From assembly GCA_964448615.1 (NCBI GenBank), contig CAYUWH010000002.1:4841-48431 (forward strand): a stretch of 43,591 nt of DNA, read 5' to 3'. A program made the translations under genes and the position numbers. A model generated the notes under the pieces. The model was not told the origin of the DNA. It saw nothing but the letters and a program-made list of their open reading frames with translations, and did no database searches. Shown here piece after piece: positions 8,740-16,102 of the stretch; position 1 is the first letter of the stretch; each line of letters opens with the position of its first letter. The stretch is from an uncultured Candidatus Peribacteria bacterium (GTDB lineage Bacteria > Patescibacteriota > Gracilibacteria > Peribacterales > Peribacteraceae).

Positions 8740-10536
8740 ATGCTCTCTCTGTTCATCACATTGTTTTTCGCAGGACTCCTCACCATTCTCCTGCCGTGCA
8801 TTTTGCCATTGTTGCCGATCGTGCTCGGCGTGAGCGTGACAGGGCAGAGCAAGTGGCGACCGTTCGGAACGGTGCTCGGGATGGTGGTGAGCTTCGTGGC
8901 GTTTACGTTTTTGCTGCAGGTCGCCCTCAATCAGTTCGTTGTTCTGGCAGACATTCTGCAAGTCGGGACGTACCAAATCCTCTTTCTCTTCGGCATTGGA
9001 TTTGCGCTCCGGAATGCGCCATTGCAGTTAGTTGCAGCCGCCATCTCAGGATTGTTTTTCTGGGAGAAAGGTTGGGTTGGCGCAGCGCTTGCCGCACTGT
9101 TCGGGATTATCGCGATGCAGCTTGGCAGCTCAATCGGCGCCCGCGTTCAGCAGTGGGGATCGGACTTGCAATCGCAAACGCGGAACACGTTCGGGTCATC
9201 TTCGTTTCTTTCCGCATTTCTGATAGGCCTGACGCTCGGATTGGTCTGGGTGCCGTGTGCCGGACCCGCGCTCGGTTTTGCGCTCGCCCTTGTTCGCAAT
9301 GAGCCGGGATTCTTGGCGCTGGCCTATTTGCTGACGTACGCGTTGGGAACGGCCGTGCCGCTGTTGATTGTGGGATATGGCGGACAATGGGCCGTTCATT
9401 CGGTGCGATCGATTTCGGCGTACAGCGGAACCATCAAGCAATTCGCCGGATATCTCCTGATGCTGACCGCGCTCGCATTGCATTTCGGTTGGCTTGAGCG
9501 CTTGCAGACGTATCTCGTGCAAAATACGAGTTACGGAACATTTGCGAATCAACTGGAACAAAATTTCTTTCAGCCCGAATCTTCTACCCAATCTCCTATG
9601 GATGTCTCCTCACTTCCCAAGATTGTCCGTGCCCCAGAATTTACAGGTCTTGGTCGGTGGCATAACTCTGCACCATTCACGATGGCTGATCTGAAAGGAA
9701 AGGTGGTGCTGATCGATTTCTGGACATACAGCTGCATCAACTGCATCCGCACGTTGCCGCACATTCAGGGGTACTGGGACAAATACCGTGACACGGGGAA
9801 GTTCGTGCTTCTCGGTGTGCACACTCCCGAGTTCACGTTTGAGAAAGATGAAGGCAACGTCGCCGATGCCATCAAGCGTCATGGGCTGACGTATCCCGTC
9901 GCGCAAGACAATGATTTCGGCACCTGGGGTGCGTTTGCGAATCGCTACTGGCCCGCGAAATATCTGATCGATGCGGAAGGCTATGTCCGCTACACCCACT
10001 TCGGAGAGGGGCGTTACGACGAGACGGACCGCGCCATTGCGGCGTTGCTAAAAGAAGCGGGCGTTGATGTTGCCATGCCCGCGGGAGCGCCTGAACCGAA
10101 GCCGACGAGTTTGGGGCGCGGCAGCACGCCCGAGACGTATTTGGGTGCGCGAAGCTGGCCTGCGCTCGGGAATGCGCAGGGAATCCCCGTAGATGACGTG
10201 ATCGACTACAAAGCTCCCGAAACTCTGGAACTGCACAAATATTACTTGGACGGGCAGTGGGAGTTGATCGATGGCGAGCATCAATTGCTTGTCAGTGACC
10301 AGGGCGAAATCCGCATGAAATTCCTTGGCAGTGAAATGAATTTGGTGTTAGGTCTTGCTGAGGGGATTACGTCCGTGAAGGGGGAAGTGTGGATTGATGG
10401 CAAGCATTCCTCCGATATCACGATTGACCGCCATGATCTTTTTAACCTCTTTACCGGGGATTATGGCCAGCATGAGATGGTCTTGAAGCTGAAAGGGCGT
10501 GGCGTGCAGGGATTTGCCTTCACCTTTAAGAACTGA
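8740..10536 (+). CDS. dipZ: DipZ-like protein (CcdA/DsbD membrane domain + TlpA thioredoxin + C-terminal domain)
   Basis: PCILPLLP and WVPCAGP membrane cysteines; DFWTYSCINC, GVHTPEF, NRYWPA, TPETYLG. Confidence 0.88.
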   Translation: MLSLFITLFFAGLLTILLPCILPLLPIVLGVSVTGQSKWRPFGTVLGMVVSFVAFTFLLQVALNQFVVLADILQVGTYQILFLFGIGFALRNAPLQLVAAAISGLFFWEKGWVGAALAALFGIIAMQLGSSIGARVQQWGSDLQSQTRNTFGSSSFLSAFLIGLTLGLVWVPCAGPALGFALALVRNEPGFLALAYLLTYALGTAVPLLIVGYGGQWAVHSVRSISAYSGTIKQFAGYLLMLTALALHFGWLERLQTYLVQNTSYGTFANQLEQNFFQPESSTQSPMDVSSLPKIVRAPEFTGLGRWHNSAPFTMADLKGKVVLIDFWTYSCINCIRTLPHIQGYWDKYRDTGKFVLLGVHTPEFTFEKDEGNVADAIKRHGLTYPVAQDNDFGTWGAFANRYWPAKYLIDAEGYVRYTHFGEGRYDETDRAIAALLKEAGVDVAMPAGAPEPKPTSLGRGSTPETYLGARSWPALGNAQGIPVDDVIDYKAPETLELHKYYLDGQWELIDGEHQLLVSDQGEIRMKFLGSEMNLVLGLAEGITSVKGEVWIDGKHSSDITIDRHDLFNLFTGDYGQHEMVLKLKGRGVQGFAFTFKN

Positions 10537-10621
10537 AAAAGGCCGTCATTTTCTTTACTAAATTGAGTAATTAGTGTAAAGTATTGTTTACGATCAGATC
10601 TTTCACAAGGAGGATTTCGTT

Positions 10622-10957
10622 ATGAATCCGTGGGTATTACTGGTCGCCGCAGGCGCTTTCCTGCTGGGCGTGGGGCTGCTCGGCGCAGCCCTGTATTACC
10701 TGATGCTTTGGCAGAACGCCAAGGCGTCAGAATCCGACCCGAAGGCTTCGCTCGAGGAGCTGATCCGGCAATGGTGTGAGCGAGGATTCGATAAGCACCT
10801 CGCCTCGCAGTTCGCCGGCGAAGAGTTGATGGAGCAGCGCAAGACCGAGCAGGCGCTCCAGAGTCAGCTCGTAGAGTCGCCTCTCATGCAGAGGCTGTAT
10901 TTCGCAGGAGCTATCTTCTTTGTAGCACTCGGCGTGCTACTGATGTGGCTCAAATAA
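10622..10957 (+). CDS. Hypothetical membrane protein (2 TM)
   Basis: AGGAGG SD, hydrophobic segments at both termini, own promoter (TTTACT-N17-TAAAGT) and terminator. Confidence 0.75.
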   Translation: MNPWVLLVAAGAFLLGVGLLGAALYYLMLWQNAKASESDPKASLEELIRQWCERGFDKHLASQFAGEELMEQRKTEQALQSQLVESPLMQRLYFAGAIFFVALGVLLMWLK

Positions 10958-10970
10958 CGTCTGATAGTGA

Positions 10971-11000
10971 GGATGACGGTTCTGCCGTCATCCTTTTTTT
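10971..11000 (+). terminator. Rho-independent terminator
   Basis: ggatgacggt-tct-gccgtcatcc followed by T7. Confidence 0.85.
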
Positions 11001-11029
11001 GTGTATTTTACGATGTATTTCCCTCGTGA

Positions 11030-11121
11030 CCCTCACCCCTGGCCCCTCTCCCACGGGAGAGGGGAAACGACTCGTTAATTCGTCCCCCTTCCCCCTGTAG
11101 GGGAAGGGCTGGGGATGAGGG
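11030..11121. repeat. REP-like CCCTCTCCC/GGGAGAGGG palindromic doublet
   Basis: ccctcacccctggcccctctcccacgggagagggg and an inverted unit cccttccccctgtaggggaagggctggggatgaggg. Confidence 0.75.
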
Positions 11122-11563
11122 TGGATGTGCACTGTGGACAACGCGTTGCAGCCAAAGGAATTTTGGAGATGCAGAACGGACAATCTTTCGTGGCAGGAGC
11201 GGTCGCCGCTTCTTTTTTCTGACCAAGCTCTTTCATCTTGTTGATCTGTTTTACCAAGAGAAAGACAGCCAAGCCTACAATGAGAAATTCAATGATGATA
11301 TTGAGAAATGCGCCGTAATTGATCGTGGCTGCGCCAGCGCTCTTGGCATCGGCCAGTGTTTCATAAGCTGTTCCTGAAAGATTCAGGTAGAGGTTGCTGA
11401 AGTCGACTCTGCCGAGCAGTAATCCCAGTGGTGGCATGATGATGTCGTTCACCAGTGACGTGACGATCTTGTTGAACGCCGCGCCGATGACGACACCGAC
11501 CGCGAGGTCGATCACGTTGCCTTTGACGGCGAATTTTTTGAATTCCGCGAGAAATTTTGGCAT
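11075..11563 (-). CDS. mscL: Large-conductance mechanosensitive channel with C-terminal zinc ribbon
   Basis: [40 protein letters not shown]; CPFC...CPQC tail. Confidence 0.96.
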   Translation of the reverse strand: MPKFLAEFKKFAVKGNVIDLAVGVVIGAAFNKIVTSLVNDIIMPPLGLLLGRVDFSNLYLNLSGTAYETLADAKSAGAATINYGAFLNIIIEFLIVGLAVFLLVKQINKMKELGQKKEAATAPATKDCPFCISKIPLAATRCPQCTSTLIPSPSPTGGRGTN

Positions 11564-11635
11564 GGGAATACCTTAATAATTTTTCGATTTTTGTCAATGA
11601 TGTTGAGCGGCATGCCGATGATGTATATTTCGCCC

Positions 11636-12478
11636 ATGCAGCAATATCACGATCTCCTCACTCGCGTCTTAGATACCGGCCACCAGAAGGGAGATCGCAC
11701 CGGAACGGGGACATTGAGCGTATTCGGGCATCAAATGCGGTTTGATCTCGCACAAGGATTCCCGATGCTGACCACGAAAAAACTGCACACGCGTTCGATT
11801 TTTCATGAATTGCTGTGGTTCCTGCGCGGCGAGACGACCATCGATTATTTGCATGCGCATGGCGTGACGATTTGGGATGAATGGGCGACGGAAGAGCAGT
11901 GCGCGCGCTTTGGGCGGAAGGCAGGGGATTTCGGGCCGATCTACGGTCACCAGTGGCGGAATTTCGGAGCGACGCTGATGCCGGACGGCTCGTATGGGCG
12001 CGACGGGAAAGACCAGATCACATGGCTCCTCAATGAGATTCAGCGCAACCCCAATAGCCGTCGCCTTATCGTTACGGGATGGAATCCGAAAGAGGCCGAT
12101 CAAGTCGCGCTCCCACCGTGCCACACGCTGTTCCAATTTTACGTAAACGACGGAAAGCTTTCTTGCCAGCTCTATCAGCGCAGTGCGGATATTTTCCTGG
12201 GCGTGCCGTTCAATATCGCATCGTACGCACTGCTCACCCATATGATCGCGCATGTCTCCAATCTTGGTGTTGGAGAATTCGTGCACACGATTGGCGATGC
12301 GCATTTGTATCTTAATCACTTGGATCAGGCACGCGAGCAGCTCACGCGGGACTTCCGTCCGCTGCCTACTCTCAAGCTCAATCCCGCCATCAAATCGCTC
12401 TTCGATTTCCAGTACGAAGATATTCTCATCGAGAACTACGATCCGCATCCGAGCATTAAAGCACCGATTGCGGTTTAG
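11636..12478 (+). CDS. thyA: Thymidylate synthase
   Basis: [36 protein letters not shown]; TATATT 6 nt before ATG. Confidence 0.98.
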   Translation: MQQYHDLLTRVLDTGHQKGDRTGTGTLSVFGHQMRFDLAQGFPMLTTKKLHTRSIFHELLWFLRGETTIDYLHAHGVTIWDEWATEEQCARFGRKAGDFGPIYGHQWRNFGATLMPDGSYGRDGKDQITWLLNEIQRNPNSRRLIVTGWNPKEADQVALPPCHTLFQFYVNDGKLSCQLYQRSADIFLGVPFNIASYALLTHMIAHVSNLGVGEFVHTIGDAHLYLNHLDQAREQLTRDFRPLPTLKLNPAIKSLFDFQYEDILIENYDPHPSIKAPIAV

Positions 12479-12563
12479 TGTCATGGTTCGACCCTTCGGT
12501 TCCGCTCAGGACAGGCGGGCTCACCATGACATTTTTTGTGTCACCCTGAGCTCGCCGAAGGGT
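12479..12563. repeat. REP-like GTCA..CTGAGC..CGAAGG cluster with nested unit
   Basis: tgtcatggttcgac[ccttcggttccgctcaggacagg]cgggctcaccatgaca followed by tgtcaccctgagctcgccgaagggt. Confidence 0.65.
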
Positions 12564-13090
12564 TACCACCACACCTCTTTATAGCCCAATACATACCCGA
12601 CGACGTTCGTGAGCATGTGCAGCACAAGCGTCAGCGGAAACGCAATCAGGACGACTGGGAGCGGGAGCGTGTAAAAGGGGACGAGGCAGAGAAGAGCTCC
12701 GAGCAGGAAATCGAGTTGATCAAAGGGAATCCAGGCACTGCCTTCTTTGAACCCCAACCTGCGCTTGAAGAAGGATTTCACCGTGTCCCCCAACATGGCG
12801 CCAATGCCCATCAATACTGCGATAAACCAAATATTATCGACCTGATAATCGATCAGCCGGATTGATTCGAAGATGCCGTTTTTCTGTAGCAGTCGTTGGA
12901 TCCACAACATGACAAGAGCGGCTATGTAGGCCGTATAGAATCCTTTGTACGTTTTATGTGCGCCGAACCAGTGCTTGGAAATCGGCGTGCCGAGCGGCAG
13001 CCATGACAATTTCTTGGCGATCACCGGTGCCATGTTTGCCACGTACATCGGCAAGAGTACGTAGAAAGTGGAGAGGAAGAAGCGCAGCAT
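12563..13090 (-). CDS. CDP-archaeol synthase-like (CarS/DUF46) membrane protein
   Basis: P.YVANMAPV, FG.HKT..G, GAMLGD.VKSFFKRR.G...G.....FDQLDF, N..GY.LG.K.VWW. Confidence 0.88.
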   Translation of the reverse strand: MLRFFLSTFYVLLPMYVANMAPVIAKKLSWLPLGTPISKHWFGAHKTYKGFYTAYIAALVMLWIQRLLQKNGIFESIRLIDYQVDNIWFIAVLMGIGAMLGDTVKSFFKRRLGFKEGSAWIPFDQLDFLLGALLCLVPFYTLPLPVVLIAFPLTLVLHMLTNVVGYVLGYKEVWW

Positions 13091-13162
13091 GGGTCCGCTC
13101 CAGGATACGCGCTTCCCCAAAAAACTGAATATCACGTCTTCTTCCGCTATTATGGTCGGGTC

Positions 13163-13651
13163 ATGGTGCTTTCCCTTATTGCAGCGGCCAGCGAGAATAA
13201 TGTGATCGGCAAAGGCAATACGCTGCCCTGGGACCTTCCCGATGATTTGCAGCATTTCCGCACAGTGACGAAGGGCTGCCCGGTCATCATGGGACGCAAG
13301 ACGCATGAGTCCATTGGGCGCGTGCTTCCGGGGCGCCGGAACATTGTCATTACCCGTCAGCAGCGATCATTTGAGGGTTGTGACACAGCAGCATCTCTGG
13401 AACAGGCAATGGAGATTGCAAAAGCCGATGATCCGCGCGAAGTATTCGTGATCGGGGGAGAGGAAATTTTTAGAGCAGCGCTTCCGCAGGCAGATCGTAT
13501 TTACCTCACGCGCGTTCGGGCAGATATCGAAGGAGATGTGCATTTTCCGGAATTTTCGTCAGAGGAATGGAAAGAGGTCAGTCGTACGAATCACGCTGAA
13601 GATGAGCGACATGCACATGCATTTTCGTTTCTTCTCTTTGAGCGTAGGTAA
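13163..13651 (+). CDS. folA: Dihydrofolate reductase
   Basis: VIG.GN.LPW.LP.DL.HF, IMGRKT.ESIG..LPGRRNIV, IGG..I. Confidence 0.97.
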   Translation: MVLSLIAAASENNVIGKGNTLPWDLPDDLQHFRTVTKGCPVIMGRKTHESIGRVLPGRRNIVITRQQRSFEGCDTAASLEQAMEIAKADDPREVFVIGGEEIFRAALPQADRIYLTRVRADIEGDVHFPEFSSEEWKEVSRTNHAEDERHAHAFSFLLFERR

Positions 13652-13692
13652 GTTGGTTGACAGAATATTAATTGCTCCAGAATAATGCATTC

Positions 13693-14676
13693 ATGTCTAC
13701 TGATACCCCTGGTCACGAGCGCGAGGAGGTGAATGTTGATGCGCAGGAAGAACATGAGATACGGCCTTTGGATACGAAACGAGTTCCTCAAGCAGTGGCG
13801 TGTGTCCTCGATCCGGAGTTAAAGAAAAAAACGGAAGCGTGGGAACGCGCCATCGATCCAGCAGTAATGTTCAAGGAACTGGAAACGTTGCATCTCGTGA
13901 CGCCGCGCAAGAGACGTCTCTTTGCGGTTGCGTGCGCGCGGCGTGTTCAGCATTTAATGAAATTTCCAGAGAGCATTGCAGCAATAGACGCTGCCGAACT
14001 TTTTGCAAACGGCAAGATTGATGTGGATACTTTGGCAGGCTTTGAAAGGGGGGCGCGACAGGCATCCTCGCGTGCAGTGAAAGAGGCTCATAGTGTGTGG
14101 GCGTTAGGACCTTCTGCTCCTGTAGCTCGTGCTGCGTGGGTAGCTGTATGGGCTTCCTGTGCGGCGGAAAATACGTGCGATCGAGACAACTCGGCTGCGG
14201 TGCCCGGCTCACCCGAGGCTGGATTTCAAGGATGTTTGGCGATTCGCACGGCTCAAGTGGCATCTTGGGCGCAGTCTGTTGCACAAGAACTTGTAAATGC
14301 TCCTGAAGAGACACCAGAAGCCGATCCTGCACTCTTTTTCTCCTTTTTGCGTAGTCTGAAAAATACGGTTCAGAGGACAGAACAGGCTATGAAGGATGGC
14401 GATCCGCTTTGCGAAACTGTTGTACAGGCACAGCTTGTCCGTACTATGTTCGGAAATCCGTATAGCCAGGGATATGTGCTTCCGGCATGGCGTACGGAAA
14501 CCGTCATGCAGATAGCACTGGCAATCGAGCAGGATAAAAGTTATGGAGATCTACCGATCTTAGGGGATGCATTGGAAGATGCCGGCTGCACATCGACCAT
14601 CTTGCTGTCTCATCTTCGCAGTGGCGACATAGATGCTCATCCTTGGTCTTTGGATCTTGTATTGAGTAAAGAATAG
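13693..14676 (+). CDS. Hypothetical protein of the Gemmataceae-type RK.RLFAVAC / PILADAL.DAGC family
   Basis: RKRRLFAVACAR, R.MFGNP, WRTETV..IA, LPILGDALEDAGC, W.LDLVL.KE terminus; family recognised from memory. Confidence 0.75.
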   Translation: MSTDTPGHEREEVNVDAQEEHEIRPLDTKRVPQAVACVLDPELKKKTEAWERAIDPAVMFKELETLHLVTPRKRRLFAVACARRVQHLMKFPESIAAIDAAELFANGKIDVDTLAGFERGARQASSRAVKEAHSVWALGPSAPVARAAWVAVWASCAAENTCDRDNSAAVPGSPEAGFQGCLAIRTAQVASWAQSVAQELVNAPEETPEADPALFFSFLRSLKNTVQRTEQAMKDGDPLCETVVQAQLVRTMFGNPYSQGYVLPAWRTETVMQIALAIEQDKSYGDLPILGDALEDAGCTSTILLSHLRSGDIDAHPWSLDLVLSKE

Positions 14677-14694
14677 GAAATTCAGGAAGAATAC

Positions 14695-14722
14695 TTGACC
14701 ATCAAAGCGGAGAGAGCACAAT
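14695..14722 (+). promoter_or_regulatory. sigma70 promoter TTGACC-N16-CACAAT for a leaderless gene
   Basis: -10 box 6 nt before the ATG at 14729. Confidence 0.6.
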
Positions 14723-14728
14723 AGGGCC

Positions 14729-15337
14729 ATGAGAGAAGCCCTCCCAGTCTCCGCGGAAGAATGTATTAACGAAACTGTTGAGCAGGCCGCCGGTTCGCCG
14801 GATACGTTTTTACAGGACGTAAAGGGTAATGCGGAACATTTGGAGCAGCAGGAGAAGGCCAAGGTCTATCAGTACATTGATGGCGTGCGCGGTGCGATTC
14901 AGGGGGCGGTGATCGCGGATTTGCCGACTGGCATAGGAGGAACATGCTCTGACCAGCATATTCAAATTGCGGAAGATGCGTTGGCGGTCGGCGATTCCAT
15001 TGAGATGACCATTGCGAAAGCGCAAGAGATCGGCGATCACGAAAAGTATCATCGTGATAACCATCACAGCGCACCGATGAAAGTAGGGGCGTCCGCGAAA
15101 GGGGACACGGTGGCGACTATTGGAAGAGAGAAATTCACGGATAAACGTCTTGTTGAGGCGTTGACGGTCCATGAAACAGGTAACCGCTTCGTCGCGCAGT
15201 CATACATCGAACACGTCGAGCACACAACGCGCGCGCTTGTTAGGGCGAATCTTGATTGGAATGATCTTGCGGAGGCGATCAATGAGAAGAAAGACTACGG
15301 CTTGGTCGATGACCATAGTCGTGCGATGGCCGCTTAA
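14729..15337 (+). CDS. Hypothetical protein, possible zincin (HExxH...E)
   Basis: HEKYH plus downstream LVEALT; has a promoter. Confidence 0.65.
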   Translation: MREALPVSAEECINETVEQAAGSPDTFLQDVKGNAEHLEQQEKAKVYQYIDGVRGAIQGAVIADLPTGIGGTCSDQHIQIAEDALAVGDSIEMTIAKAQEIGDHEKYHRDNHHSAPMKVGASAKGDTVATIGREKFTDKRLVEALTVHETGNRFVAQSYIEHVEHTTRALVRANLDWNDLAEAINEKKDYGLVDDHSRAMAA

Positions 15338-15954
15338 TAGGACGCCGGTTTCGCAAGATCTCTCAACATCTGATCAATGACGGCGGTGTATTGCTCGAGG
15401 GGTTGAGCGCCTGCAATGGTCTTTTGGTTGCGTCCTTTTCTGTTCACAATAAATACCGTTGGCGTTCCTTGTACGCCCGCCTTGGTGCCGCCCTTCGCTT
15501 GGTCATTCACTTTCTTTTCGAAGATCTTCCGGGTCATGCAGTTATTCAGCGCAATGGCGTCGACGTCATAGCGTTTTGCGATCAGCGCGTAGTCCGACGT
15601 CTTGAAAGTCTTTTGCGTCATGAGGGCATCGGCAAATCCCCAGAAGGCGGTATTCCCTCCTAAATAGGCTACGCACTCCGAAGCCTCGGCGGCGCTCTGC
15701 GCCAAAGGATGATTGGGAAGAGGATAATGGCGATACATCCAGTTCACCTTTCCGCGATATTTACGGATCAATTGCTTGAGGGTCGCATGTTGCTGCTGGC
15801 AATACGGACACTGAAAGTCGGCGTATTCGACCAGCGTGATTGGCGCGGTTTTTCTCCCGAGCGTATGCTCGCCACTCTTGATGGTTTCGGCAGCGAACGC
15901 AAAAGAGGGCAGTACGATCAGTGATAACAGCAAGCCACGAAGGAGGTGTTTCAT
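15334..15954 (-). CDS. dsbA: DsbA-family thiol-disulfide oxidoreductase
   Basis: Signal peptide, EYADFQCPYC, RHYPL..H, GVQGTPT, GAQP. Confidence 0.92.
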   Translation of the reverse strand: MKHLLRGLLLSLIVLPSFAFAAETIKSGEHTLGRKTAPITLVEYADFQCPYCQQQHATLKQLIRKYRGKVNWMYRHYPLPNHPLAQSAAEASECVAYLGGNTAFWGFADALMTQKTFKTSDYALIAKRYDVDAIALNNCMTRKIFEKKVNDQAKGGTKAGVQGTPTVFIVNRKGRNQKTIAGAQPLEQYTAVIDQMLRDLAKPASY

Positions 15955-16050
15955 ACTATAGGGAGGATAGCAGGTATGAGGACGGACGAAGCAGGGAAAA
16001 CTGTGAAAAGTTATCTGAAAAAATACAGCGAAATCGCTGTGTCATCGAAG

Positions 16051-16080
16051 CGAAACGGAGACGACGTCGTCTCCGTTTCG
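16051..16080. repeat. Perfect 30-bp palindrome P2
   Basis: cgaaacggagacgacgtcgtctccgtttcg equals its own reverse complement. Confidence 0.95.
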
Positions 16081-16102
16081 GCAAGCATGACGAGAGAGAT
16101 GT

